From assembly GCA_965223845.1 (NCBI GenBank), contig CBDCXR010000004.1:2624001-2688000 (forward strand): DNA of 64,000 nt, in the 5' to 3' direction. Positions 25,453 through 35,354 of this stretch are shown in pieces. This DNA comes from Planctomycetota bacterium. GTDB taxonomy: Bacteria; Planctomycetota; UBA8108; SXIK01. The position numbers and the translations under genes were made by a program. Within the stretch, counting starts at the first letter, position 1, and every line of letters begins with the position of its first letter. Below the pieces are notes generated by a model. That model made no database searches, was not told the origin of the DNA, and saw nothing but the letters and a program-made list of their open reading frames with translations.

Positions 25453-27111
25453 CTACCCGAGGGCGAACACGACCACGTGCCCGGCCATCGTGACGAGCAC
25501 GCTCGCGATCGCGTACGCCGTCGCGTAGCTCACCGCCGGTGCGTCGCTGTCCGTCGCGCGACGGAGCGCCAGCAGAGCGGCGCTCGAAGTCGTTCCTCCC
25601 GCTACCGAACCCCAGGTGTCGACCGCGGGAAGGCGAAACATCCACCGCCCTGCGATGACGGAGAGGGCGATCGGAACGACCGTGACGAAAGCGCCGGCGG
25701 CGACGGTCTTCCATACGCCGATTCCCAAAGCCGTCTCGAGGTGATTGCCAGCGCGGATGCCCGTTTCGCTTACGAAGAGAAGAATCCCGAAGTCGCGTAC
25801 GAGCTGTCTCGCCGGGAGCGGTACGTACACGCGAAACGGCCCGATCCGCGATGAACGCCCGAGGAGAAGCCCCGCAACGAGGAGCCCACCGGCGGTGCCC
25901 AGCCCGAGCTCCACCCCCCCGACGGTCATGCCGAGGTTTCCGACGAGGAGCCCGAACAGAATGCCCGCGGCGTAGATCGCGATGTCGGTTTCGGTGGCCG
26001 AAGGCTCGAATCGGCCGAGGGACGCAGCGACGGCCGCGACGGACTTTCGCGGCCCGACGACGTCGACCACGTCGTGACGCTGGAGCGTCAGCTCCGCGGT
26101 CGGCTCGAGCGTCTCCTCGCCACGGTGCACCGCGGCGATTAGACAGTGGAAGCGGCGGACCAGATCGAGCTCCGCGAGCGATCGACCGACCGCGTCGGAG
26201 GACTCGACATGGACCCGGCGCGGGTCCGCGAGGGACTGACGGAGGTCCTCGTCGTAGACTTCGGGCCCGACCCAGTCCTCGAATTGGTGCAGCTCATCGA
26301 CGTGGCCGCGAGCGAGGACGTGGTCACCGGCCTCGAGAATCGTCGTGCCTTCGGGGACGAGGATCGCGTCGCCGCGATGGATCCGCGTGATCATGCAGCC
26401 GGTGCGATGCGTGAGATCGAGCTCGGCGAGTGTTCGCTCTAGCGCTTGCGCCCGGGTGACTCGAAACGCGCGCTCGACTTCCGGTTCGCGGAAACGGTGA
26501 CGGCTCGTCGCGCTCACACTCGAGTCATCGTCGACTTCGGCGGCGAGATTCTGTCCGAAGACGATCGGAAGAGCCTGGATCATCAACACGAGGCCGACGA
26601 GGCCGAACGGATACGTGACAGCGAACGCGATCGACAGCGCGGCCGCGTCGTCGCAAACTTCAGATACCGCGGCGAACGTCGGCGCGCTCGTCAACGCTCC
26701 GGCGAGAAGCCCGGCCGCGGTCGAAGCATCCAGCGAGAATGCTCGAGCGCAGCCGATCGCGGCAGCGATCGCGATCACGTTCACGAGAGTTCCGATCGCA
26801 ACCATGCGCCAGCCGCGCGGCGACCGGAGAGTGGCGAAGAACCGCGCCCCTGCCTCGAATCCCACCGAGTAGATAAAGAGCGCGAATCCGATCGACCCCG
26901 CCGTTACGGTCGCGTCGCCGTCGCCGTCGCCGTAGAAGTGATCGACGGCGAGACCGGCGTTGCCGAGAAAAAGCGCGATCGCCACCGTTCCGCCCGCAGG
27001 CCCGAGCGACAATCCGCGCCATTGGAGACGTCCGATGAGGAACCCGGCGGCGACGACGAGCATCACGCCAGCGAGCGGGATACCGTTGAGCGCCTGAAGG
27101 ACACGCTCCAT
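25453..27111 (-). CDS. AspT/YidE/YbjL family antiporter with two TrkA-C (RCK_C) domains
   Basis: Duplicated TM halves (LFIYSVGFEAG, AGALTSAP, AVTYPFG; GILLFV..GI.AG, AGGTTSSAAL, YATAYAIA) flanking two RCK_C domains. GGAGGA RBS. Confidence 0.9.
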   Translation of the reverse strand: MERVLQALNGIPLAGVMLVVAAGFLIGRLQWRGLSLGPAGGTVAIALFLGNAGLAVDHFYGDGDGDATVTAGSIGFALFIYSVGFEAGARFFATLRSPRGWRMVAIGTLVNVIAIAAAIGCARAFSLDASTAAGLLAGALTSAPTFAAVSEVCDDAAALSIAFAVTYPFGLVGLVLMIQALPIVFGQNLAAEVDDDSSVSATSRHRFREPEVERAFRVTRAQALERTLAELDLTHRTGCMITRIHRGDAILVPEGTTILEAGDHVLARGHVDELHQFEDWVGPEVYDEDLRQSLADPRRVHVESSDAVGRSLAELDLVRRFHCLIAAVHRGEETLEPTAELTLQRHDVVDVVGPRKSVAAVAASLGRFEPSATETDIAIYAAGILFGLLVGNLGMTVGGVELGLGTAGGLLVAGLLLGRSSRIGPFRVYVPLPARQLVRDFGILLFVSETGIRAGNHLETALGIGVWKTVAAGAFVTVVPIALSVIAGRWMFRLPAVDTWGSVAGGTTSSAALLALRRATDSDAPAVSYATAYAIASVLVTMAGHVVVFALG

Positions 27112-27176
27112 CGCGGCCGATCCTCCTCCTTCACTTCGATTCTGTTCCGAGACCGAATCGGGTTGCGCTCCGATCG

Positions 27177-30100
27177 CTACGGGACGCAGGCGTCCTCACA
27201 ACCCGCGACCGATCGGCACTCCCGGCCGGCCACGTGGGCCGGCCCCCGCATAAAGAGGTACCTGAGAAGCGCGATGGCATCCGTCACATTGATGCTCCCG
27301 CCGCCATCGAAGTCGAGCAGCGTGAGATTCGTGCCCGAATTCGGATCGTCTCCGGCGCAGGGGAGCTCGATCGGAACATCGACAAAGAGGATTCTCAGGA
27401 GCGCGATCGCGTCCGTCGTATTCAGCGATCCGTCCGCGTTCACGTCGCCCGGTCGCAGGTGACCGTCGCCCACGGGGCCGTCGACAGCGCCCGGCGTCCC
27501 GTGCTCGATCGCGCTCGGACGCCAAGCCTCCGCGGTTCCCCACGCCTCCGTCGGCCCGTCGACGTCGACGATCGTGAGCGACGCTCCACCACCGTCGGTT
27601 TCCGGGTACCACACGTCGTCGTAGACGAAATCGAGAATCGGGAAGCTCTTCCCGAAGGCGAGCTTCAACTGCTCTCCCCCGTTCGCGAGGCGCGACGAAA
27701 ACTCGCCGGCGATCGCGACCGCGTCGGCGCCGTAGCGCGATTCGAACGCCGAGCGATCGCGGACGATGACGACGATCTCTCCCGGTCCGAGCTCGGGGAC
27801 ATCGCCTTCCGCAAAGTCGAACTCGACGCCGTCGACGAAACGCGTTCGCGTCAGATCGAGCGTCGCTGCGCCCTTGTTCTGAAGCTCGATGAACTCGTAG
27901 TCGGAGCCACCGATCGGGTTGTACATGATTTCGGTGATCCGGAGGTCGTCGATCTCGAGAATCGGACTCGACGGCGCTCCGGCAACGAACTCGACCGGCG
28001 CCGACCAATGACTCCACAAGTTCGTGTCATCCTTCATTCGCACGCGGACGCGGTAGTGGCTTCCGACATCGACGACGTCGAAGGGGAACTGAAAACGCGC
28101 CTCGAATCTATCGAGCTCGGAGCTTTCCCACGTCGGCTCGAGTTCGAACCGAATCGGCGCGGACGTCCACACCGGGTCATCGAGCGGAACGCTCCCCGCG
28201 TCGGGGATCGACGTGACCTCGGCGATCCGCCACCTCATCGCCGCGAACGTTTCCACACCCTGCGGATCCGCGAACTCCGTCGTAGCGAAGCTGAGGTCGT
28301 CCATCGGAAAGCCCTCGGAGCCGACGAACTCGACGACCGGCGTCTCGGGCAAGTTACGTCGATCGCGGCCGTCGGCGAATTGATCGAGAAACGCGGCTCG
28401 CCCGCCGCGGCCGACGCTTCCGCCCGGCCAGCTTCCGCCGTCGAACGCAAAACGAAGCATGTCGGCGACCTTGCCCTCCAGGGAGCGCTGACTCGCCGCG
28501 CCGAAGTACTGGCGTCCGGCCGCCGGAGGTCCGTTCCGCCAGCGATCGATGTCCGCTTCCTCTAGAGGATCCATGAACGCGGCGACGTGCCGGATGATGA
28601 GCTCGAGCTGATCGCGCTGCCAGAGAAGGTCGCGGACCTCTCGGACGTGATTGCGATAATCCTTCTGAAACTCCGGCTTCGACGTGATCGCGTCGAAGGG
28701 TCGATCCCGGCCTTCGTTCCAGTTCGGCCCCCAGGTCGCATCGGTGTCGAAGGGGAGCGTCCACATGCGCCCGCGGAATCCGTTCGCCTCGTTGTAGTCC
28801 GGCTCGAAGTACCAGGCCGCGTTCTTATTCGCCTCCGGCCAGTAGTCGTAGTGACGAATCGCCTGCACGACCGCGTGGTAGCGATACCAGCGCTCGTAAT
28901 TCACGTGCGCGAGAAGCCATTCGTCGGACGCGTTCGATCGCAATCGACTCTCGATGTTGTTGTGGTCGCTGCCGTCGTCGACCGCGTCGGCGGCCTGATA
29001 ACGCTGCTGCTCGAGCCCGACGCGAGTCTGGTTGACGAGCTTGTAGAGATTCCCCTTCGGAAGATCGTGCGCCTCGAGGAATCGAACGTCGTAGTTCTCG
29101 AACGCGCGCGCGATCCCGAAGAAGTCGCCGAGATACTGTCCACCGTCTCCGGCTGGAGCCTCTTCCTCGCCGCGGACGACACGCCAGTGGAAAACGTGCC
29201 CTTCCGCCGCGGGGACTCCGTAGGCGTTCCAGATGATGTCGTTCACCTGATCCCCGAGACCCCAGTTCCCGTCGATGCGATTGCCGAACATGCGGCCCGT
29301 GTTGAGCACGCGCCAACGGGTCGGATACCGGCGACCGAAGCGGTCGCGAGCGCGGAGGAAGTTTCCTTTGTGGAATCTAAACCGCCAGTGCCGCTTCCCG
29401 GCCGTGTTGGCGGGATTCCCCGACGGCACCTGATAGCGTCCGTTCGCGCCGCGGAGTCGGTAGCGAATGTGATCGTAGACGTAACCGTCGTGAACGAATG
29501 CGCCCTCCCAGTTGAATGAGAATCGCGCCGGACGACCCTGGGGAATCTGCTGACCCGAGCTCGCCGCGATGCACGTGCGGAGATCCTCGTCACGCGTGAT
29601 GAGCGTGTAGACCGGAACGGAGGCGAGCTTCTCCGCCGCATGCGTTGTCGGCTCGCGGAGTATCGACGTCTCCGCGTGGTAGTCGGGAACGCCGTCGTAG
29701 ACGAAGTAGGCGAAATTGAGCGACGGATCATCTCGGTACGGGACGCGGACGGACTCTCCCGCCGAGTCGGCGACCGTAATGCGGTAGCGAACGAGCGTGC
29801 GATTCGGCTGCCCCGGGAGCGGAGCGGAATAGACGTCGTCTCCGGCGACTTCGTCGCCGCCGGCGCCATTGTCCACCATGCGAACACTCGTCCAGTTCGC
29901 GGGATCCTCGAAGGCCGGATTCGGTTCGCGGGGAGTCTCCGCGTTCGAGATCAGCGCGCTCACCGGAACTGGGAGCTCGGCGGGAATATAGCTCCCGGGC
30001 GGAACGATTTGGAAGTGGAGCTCGACCGACGCGACTCCGTCCGGATCGGTGACCTTGGCCGTGACGACGTTGCTTTCGCCTGCGACCGGCTGACGAACAC

Positions 30101-31238
30101 GGGTGTCGACCTGGCGCACCTGCGGCGGCGCATTCTCGGCGCGGACGGTGTTTTCTACGCCGGGGGTCGGCGGCGAGATGATCTGCCCTTCGAAGTCCTC
30201 GCTCCCCGGAACGAAGAGCCGCGCGTCGATCGAAAAATCGTTCGAGCCGAGAGTGACGTTCAGCGCGTGGACGGCGATGAGGTTCTCGCCGACGCGAAGA
30301 AGATCCCCCGCTCCGTTGAGAACGACATCCTCGAACTCCCGAGCCTCGTGACTGCGCGACGCGGTCGCGTCGAACGGCGGCGGTTCGCCCTCGGGAGCGC
30401 GGATGCGCGCGACCTCGCGCCCGTTGATCCACGCGACGACTCCATCGTCGAAGTAGAGCGAGAGCTTGATCTGTTGGGGGATTTCGTCGCCTTCTGCGAT
30501 CGAAAACGAGCGGCGAAGATAGACCCCTGAGTACGCGTTCTGCATGTCGTCGAGGACGGTCGCATCATCGTCGTCACCAAACCCGACGGGAGTCTCGACG
30601 GTCGTCCAGGTGTCGTCCTCCGTAAAACCGAGCTGCATCCAATCGGGAGGCGGCTCGGACGTCGCCTTGCGCATCCGCCAGCTCGCATCGCCACCTTCGA
30701 CGAAAAACTCCCGCTCCTTGAACGGACGATGGACAAGGCCGCTCGGGCGCCAGCTTCCGCCGAGGTCGTTGTCGAGCGACGGATGGATCAGCTCCATCGA
30801 GCTACCCTCCCCGTTCGCCGAGTACGGCCAGGGAAAGCCGGCATCGAACTCGACTTCGTCGACGACGGCCCCCTCGGCGTCGAGAAGGACGATTTGCTCA
30901 CCGTCGTTCGACAGTCGCCCCGCGTACGGCCCCAACGCACGCGCGAAGCCGAGAGTTTCCGCGAGGGTCTCGGGGTTTTCTGCGACGACGACGTATCCCC
31001 CCGGCTCGAGTCGTGCCCCTGCTTCGAACGTGTACTCGACGGCGTCGGCGAGCCGCCAACCGGCGAGTTCGACCACCGCCTCCCCCGCGTTGTGAAGCTC
31101 GATGAACTCTTCGCGGACGGTGTTCTTTTCTGAGTCGTAGTGAATCTCGTTGATGACGACGTCGCCGCCGCGCGCGCTCCCGAGCAGCGACGCGACCAAC
31201 GCAGCGAGTCCAAGGCATCGAAACAGTCGCGGGGTCAT
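27177..31238 (-). CDS. Secreted LTD/CotH kinase family protein with C-terminal dockerin-like domain
   Basis: Signal peptide; VVINEIHY, EFIELHN; CotH-like YRLRGANGRY, GKRHWRFRF, GNLYKL, HYDYWP..KN..WY, LPFDTDATWG; LRITEIMYNP; GDVNADG..DFDGGG. Confidence 0.87.
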   Translation of the reverse strand: MTPRLFRCLGLAALVASLLGSARGGDVVINEIHYDSEKNTVREEFIELHNAGEAVVELAGWRLADAVEYTFEAGARLEPGGYVVVAENPETLAETLGFARALGPYAGRLSNDGEQIVLLDAEGAVVDEVEFDAGFPWPYSANGEGSSMELIHPSLDNDLGGSWRPSGLVHRPFKEREFFVEGGDASWRMRKATSEPPPDWMQLGFTEDDTWTTVETPVGFGDDDDATVLDDMQNAYSGVYLRRSFSIAEGDEIPQQIKLSLYFDDGVVAWINGREVARIRAPEGEPPPFDATASRSHEAREFEDVVLNGAGDLLRVGENLIAVHALNVTLGSNDFSIDARLFVPGSEDFEGQIISPPTPGVENTVRAENAPPQVRQVDTRVRQPVAGESNVVTAKVTDPDGVASVELHFQIVPPGSYIPAELPVPVSALISNAETPREPNPAFEDPANWTSVRMVDNGAGGDEVAGDDVYSAPLPGQPNRTLVRYRITVADSAGESVRVPYRDDPSLNFAYFVYDGVPDYHAETSILREPTTHAAEKLASVPVYTLITRDEDLRTCIAASSGQQIPQGRPARFSFNWEGAFVHDGYVYDHIRYRLRGANGRYQVPSGNPANTAGKRHWRFRFHKGNFLRARDRFGRRYPTRWRVLNTGRMFGNRIDGNWGLGDQVNDIIWNAYGVPAAEGHVFHWRVVRGEEEAPAGDGGQYLGDFFGIARAFENYDVRFLEAHDLPKGNLYKLVNQTRVGLEQQRYQAADAVDDGSDHNNIESRLRSNASDEWLLAHVNYERWYRYHAVVQAIRHYDYWPEANKNAAWYFEPDYNEANGFRGRMWTLPFDTDATWGPNWNEGRDRPFDAITSKPEFQKDYRNHVREVRDLLWQRDQLELIIRHVAAFMDPLEEADIDRWRNGPPAAGRQYFGAASQRSLEGKVADMLRFAFDGGSWPGGSVGRGGRAAFLDQFADGRDRRNLPETPVVEFVGSEGFPMDDLSFATTEFADPQGVETFAAMRWRIAEVTSIPDAGSVPLDDPVWTSAPIRFELEPTWESSELDRFEARFQFPFDVVDVGSHYRVRVRMKDDTNLWSHWSAPVEFVAGAPSSPILEIDDLRITEIMYNPIGGSDYEFIELQNKGAATLDLTRTRFVDGVEFDFAEGDVPELGPGEIVVIVRDRSAFESRYGADAVAIAGEFSSRLANGGEQLKLAFGKSFPILDFVYDDVWYPETDGGGASLTIVDVDGPTEAWGTAEAWRPSAIEHGTPGAVDGPVGDGHLRPGDVNADGSLNTTDAIALLRILFVDVPIELPCAGDDPNSGTNLTLLDFDGGGSINVTDAIALLRYLFMRGPAHVAGRECRSVAGCEDACVP

Positions 31239-31387
31239 GGCAGCGAAGGCTCCTGATCCGCGGCCAGTATAGCCGGACGCCACACTCGAAAGCGCGCGAA
31301 GAAAGAAAGTCAGAGCGCTGCGAATACACCGCCCACCGGGGCGTCGATTTCCGACCGAACCTGCCGCGAACGAGAGAGTCCCCCGGC

Positions 31388-31417
31388 GTGACTCGACGCG
31401 TCCCGACCCAGTACAAT
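31388..31417 (+). promoter_or_regulatory. Candidate sigma70-type promoter
   Basis: GTGACT-N18-TACAAT upstream of ATG 31454/31469. Confidence 0.35.
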
Positions 31418-31468
31418 CACGGCTTCTTGCCGCGCTCCGACTTCACCCGAGAAATGGACGAGAACTCG

Positions 31469-34400
31469 ATGACCCGCGCAATCTCCGTGTCGTGGCGGTC
31501 TCCCTTCCCCGCAGTCGCCGTCGTCTTCTCCGCTCTCTCGATCTCGATTCCGGCCGCCGGGACGGCTGAACCGGAGGTCGTCTCGCTTTGGCCCGACGGC
31601 GCACCCGGTGCGGTCGGCGCGGAGCCGAGCGACCAGCCGTCGCTCACGATCTACCGCGCGCCACCGAACAACGCGTCGGGCGCCGCGATCGTCATTTGCC
31701 CGGGCGGCGGCTACGGCGGGCTCGCCATGGATCACGAGGGGCACGAGGTCGCGCGCTTTCTCAACTCGCACGGCGTGACCGGCGTCATTCTCAAGTACCG
31801 ACTCGGTCCGCGTTACCGTCACCCCGCGCCGCGCCAGGACGTCCGCCGCGCGATCCAGTACGTTCGGTCGAATGCGAGCGCCCTCGCCGTCGATCCGGCG
31901 CGCATCGGCGTCCTCGGCTTCTCTGCGGGCGGCCACCTCGCGGCGACGGCGGCGACGCAGTTCACGGCGGGCGATCCGAGTGTGCGCGGACCAGCGTCCG
32001 TCTCCAGCCGGCCTGACTTCGCCGTTCTCTGCTACCCGGTCATTGATCTCGTCGGCCGTCCCGCACACCGCGGGTCGGCGCGAAATCTGCTCGGCAGCAA
32101 TCCGCCGCGCGATCTACTCGAGACGATGTCCCTCCACACACAGGTGACGAAAGACACACCGCCGACGTTTCTCTTTCATACCGACGCCGACACCGGCGTC
32201 CCGCCTGAAAACAGCATCCTCTTCTACACCGCCCTCCGCGCCGCGGGCGTCCCCGCCGAGCTCCACATTTACCGCGCCGGGCGACACGGCGTCGGCCTCA
32301 ATCGCGATCCGTCGATACGCTCCTGGCCGACCGAGCTCGTGCTTTGGATGACGCACCTCGGCATTCTCGGCAAGGACGCCGGGCCCCAGTGGATCTGGCT
32401 CGGCGAAGAGGCGCGCGACGAGACGGTCTACTTTCGCCGCATGATCGAGGTGAAGGGAGACGTGAAGAACGCCTCCGTCGCCGGATCGTGCGACAACGCG
32501 ATGCGCGTCTTCGTGAACGGAACTCGCGTCCTCGAAAGCGAGACTTGGGAACAGCCGACTCGCGCGGACATCCGCGCGCAACTTCGCGATGGGCTCAATC
32601 TCGTTGCGGTCGAGGCAAAGAATTCGGGCGGTCCGGCCGGCCTGCTTCTCGAACTCGCGATCGAAACGAGCGACGGAGAGAAGCTCGAGGTCGCGACCGA
32701 TCGTCGTTGGTGGGCATCGAAGGAGCGTCAACGCGGATGGCGCTCACTCGAATTCGAACCCGAAAACTGGGCGGCGGCGACCGAGATCGCCGAGCTCGGC
32801 GGCGGCGCCTGGGGAAACACCGTGAACGAAACGACCCTCGCCGACGCGCGTGCGCCGCGAACGCCGGCGGCGACCCCCGTCGATCGCATCGTCCTCGCCG
32901 AGGGCTTCGAAGCCGAGCTGCTCTATTCGGTGCCGAAGAGTGCGCGCGGATCCTGGGTCGCGCTCGCCTCCGATCCAAAGGGCCGCATCATCGCGGCCGA
33001 TCAGTACGGCGCGATCTACCGCTTCGCACCTCCGAAGCGCGGTGAGACGCTGAGCGACGACGCCGTCGAGCAGATCGAAGTCGAGCTCACCGGCGCGCAC
33101 GGACTCCTCTACGCCTTCGACAGCCTCTACGTCGTCAAGAACGAGGGTCGCGGCGCGCACGGACTCTACCGCGTTCGCGACACCGACGGCGACGACCGCT
33201 TCGACAAGGTCGAACTGCTCCGTCAGATTCACGGGGGCGGAGAGCACGGCGGACATTCGGTCATCCTCAGCCCCGATGGCGAATCACTTTATGTCTGCGG
33301 GGGAAATCACTCCGAGATCCCGAACCCCGAGACCTCGCGCGTTCCGCGCGTTTGGGGCGAGGACCTCCTCCTTCCGCGCCAGTGGGACGCGACCGGTCAC
33401 GCGCGCGGACGACTCGCGCCCGGCGGTTGGATCGCGCGGACGGATCCCGACGGGAAGGCGTGGGAGCTCGTCTCGATTGGATACCGCAACGAGTTCGACA
33501 TCGCGTTCAGCCCCGAAGGTGAGCTCTTTACGTACGACGCAGACATGGAGTGGGACGTCGGTACGCCGTGGTATCGTCCGACGCGGATCAATCACGTGAC
33601 GAGCGGCTCTGAGTTCGGCTGGCGCTCGGGGACGGGCAAGTGGCCGGAGTACTACCCGGACAGCCTCGGCACGGTCGTCGACATCGGTCCGGGCTCCCCC
33701 ACCGGAATCGTGTTCGGCATCGGCGCAAACTTTCCCGAAAAGTACCAGCGCGCGCTTCTCATCTGCGATTGGTCGTACGGGAAGCTCTACGCCGTCCACC
33801 TCGAACCGGACGGGGGAACGTGGAAGGGAACCGCCGAGCAGTTCATGGCGGCGAGCCCCCTGCCTCTCACCGATCTCATCGTCAATCCGGTCGACGGCGC
33901 GCTCTACGTCGCGGTCGGAGGCCGGCGCACGCAATCCGGACTCTACCGCGTCACGCACTCGGGAAATCACCGCGCGCAAAAACTCGGTCCGCGACTCTCG
34001 CCGGAGGCGAAGCTGCGCCGCGAGCTCGAGTCACTCCATCGCCCGAAGCCGGGTGCCGTCTCGGCGGCGTGGCCGCATCTTTCTCACCCCGATCGCGCGG
34101 TGCGATTCGCGGCGCGCACGGCGATCGAGCACCAACCCGTGAGCGAGTGGCAAGCAGCGGCCCTGCGTGAGCGCAATCCGCGGGGATCGATCGAGGCGAT
34201 CATCGCCCTCGCTCGTCACGGCGAACCGGGACTCCTCGCGGCCGCGCTCTCGTCCCTGGACCTGACCTTCAAAGCGGCCTGGGAGCGACTCGGCGAACGA
34301 GATCGCCTCGCTCTCCTTCGCGCCTACCAGCTCGTGTTCATTCGATTGGGACGGCCCGACGCGGAGACCGCAGCGGCGATCGGTCGGCAGCTCGACCGGG

Positions 34401-35278
34401 TCTACCCAGCGGATTCGCACGACCTCAATCGCGAGCTGAGTCGCCTCCTCGTCTACCTCGAAGCGCCGGGAGTGGCGGCGAAGACTCTTCGTCTGCTGGC
34501 GGACGCACCGACGCAGGAGGAGCAGATCCACTACGCGCTCGTCCTCCGAAACCTCTCGAGCGGTTGGACGAACGCCCAGCGCCTCGGCTACCTCCGGTGG
34601 TTCCAAGGCGCGATGGGGTACCGCGGCGGTCACAGCTTTCTCGGCTTCCTGAAGAACATCCACACCGAAGCGGTCGCGAAGATTCCGGACGACCAAAAGG
34701 GCCGGTTTGGCGATCTCGTGAAACCGCTCGAGCCGCGAGACGAGATCGCCGAGCTGCCGAAGCCGAAGGGACCCGGGAAGGCCTGGACGCTCGACGAGCT
34801 GACGTCCCTCGCCGGAACGTCTCTCCGCGGGCGCGACTTCGAGAACGGCAAGGCGATGTTCGCCGCCGCGTACTGCTTCAGTTGCCACCGCTTCGGCGAC
34901 CGCGGCGGTTCCGTGGGTCCGGATCTCACGGGACTCGCCGGACGCTTCAGCGTGCGCGACGTCATCGAGGCGATCGTCGAGCCGAGTCGGGTCGTCTCCG
35001 ATCAGTACCGCTCGAGCGTGTTCGTCCTCGACGACGGGAGCACCATCACCGGTCGTGTCGTGAATCTCGCGGGCGACAGCATCATGGTGAACACGAACAT
35101 GCTCACCCCGGGACAGCACGAACGAGTGAACGCCAACCGCGTCGTCGAGGTCTCCGAGTCGGACGTCTCGATGATGCCCGCGGGGCTCCTCGAGAAGCTG
35201 AACCGGGATGAGGTGCTCGACCTTCTCGCGTATCTTCTTTCGCGGGGTGATCCGGATCACGCCTCCTTCCGGGATTAG
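31469..35278 (+). CDS. Fusion: alpha/beta-hydrolase (acetyl/feruloyl esterase-like) + sugar-binding jelly roll + PVC-type heme-binding protein (dehydrogenase-like propeller, HEAT, cytochrome c)
   Basis: ICPGGGY, GFSAGGHLA, PPTFLFH..D..VP, GRHG; QWIW..YFRR..CDN..VFVNG; GGEHGGH, GYRNEFD, DADMEWD, GPGSPTG; CFSCH..GPDLT..SMMPAGL. One uninterrupted frame. Confidence 0.88.
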   Translation: MTRAISVSWRSPFPAVAVVFSALSISIPAAGTAEPEVVSLWPDGAPGAVGAEPSDQPSLTIYRAPPNNASGAAIVICPGGGYGGLAMDHEGHEVARFLNSHGVTGVILKYRLGPRYRHPAPRQDVRRAIQYVRSNASALAVDPARIGVLGFSAGGHLAATAATQFTAGDPSVRGPASVSSRPDFAVLCYPVIDLVGRPAHRGSARNLLGSNPPRDLLETMSLHTQVTKDTPPTFLFHTDADTGVPPENSILFYTALRAAGVPAELHIYRAGRHGVGLNRDPSIRSWPTELVLWMTHLGILGKDAGPQWIWLGEEARDETVYFRRMIEVKGDVKNASVAGSCDNAMRVFVNGTRVLESETWEQPTRADIRAQLRDGLNLVAVEAKNSGGPAGLLLELAIETSDGEKLEVATDRRWWASKERQRGWRSLEFEPENWAAATEIAELGGGAWGNTVNETTLADARAPRTPAATPVDRIVLAEGFEAELLYSVPKSARGSWVALASDPKGRIIAADQYGAIYRFAPPKRGETLSDDAVEQIEVELTGAHGLLYAFDSLYVVKNEGRGAHGLYRVRDTDGDDRFDKVELLRQIHGGGEHGGHSVILSPDGESLYVCGGNHSEIPNPETSRVPRVWGEDLLLPRQWDATGHARGRLAPGGWIARTDPDGKAWELVSIGYRNEFDIAFSPEGELFTYDADMEWDVGTPWYRPTRINHVTSGSEFGWRSGTGKWPEYYPDSLGTVVDIGPGSPTGIVFGIGANFPEKYQRALLICDWSYGKLYAVHLEPDGGTWKGTAEQFMAASPLPLTDLIVNPVDGALYVAVGGRRTQSGLYRVTHSGNHRAQKLGPRLSPEAKLRRELESLHRPKPGAVSAAWPHLSHPDRAVRFAARTAIEHQPVSEWQAAALRERNPRGSIEAIIALARHGEPGLLAAALSSLDLTFKAAWERLGERDRLALLRAYQLVFIRLGRPDAETAAAIGRQLDRVYPADSHDLNRELSRLLVYLEAPGVAAKTLRLLADAPTQEEQIHYALVLRNLSSGWTNAQRLGYLRWFQGAMGYRGGHSFLGFLKNIHTEAVAKIPDDQKGRFGDLVKPLEPRDEIAELPKPKGPGKAWTLDELTSLAGTSLRGRDFENGKAMFAAAYCFSCHRFGDRGGSVGPDLTGLAGRFSVRDVIEAIVEPSRVVSDQYRSSVFVLDDGSTITGRVVNLAGDSIMVNTNMLTPGQHERVNANRVVEVSESDVSMMPAGLLEKLNRDEVLDLLAYLLSRGDPDHASFRD

Positions 35279-35354
35279 GTCCTCGGGCGTGTTTGTGGTT
35301 TGATCTCGTTCTCGAATCTGAGCGCACCCAGGAAGCACCAAGAACCCAACCGCG

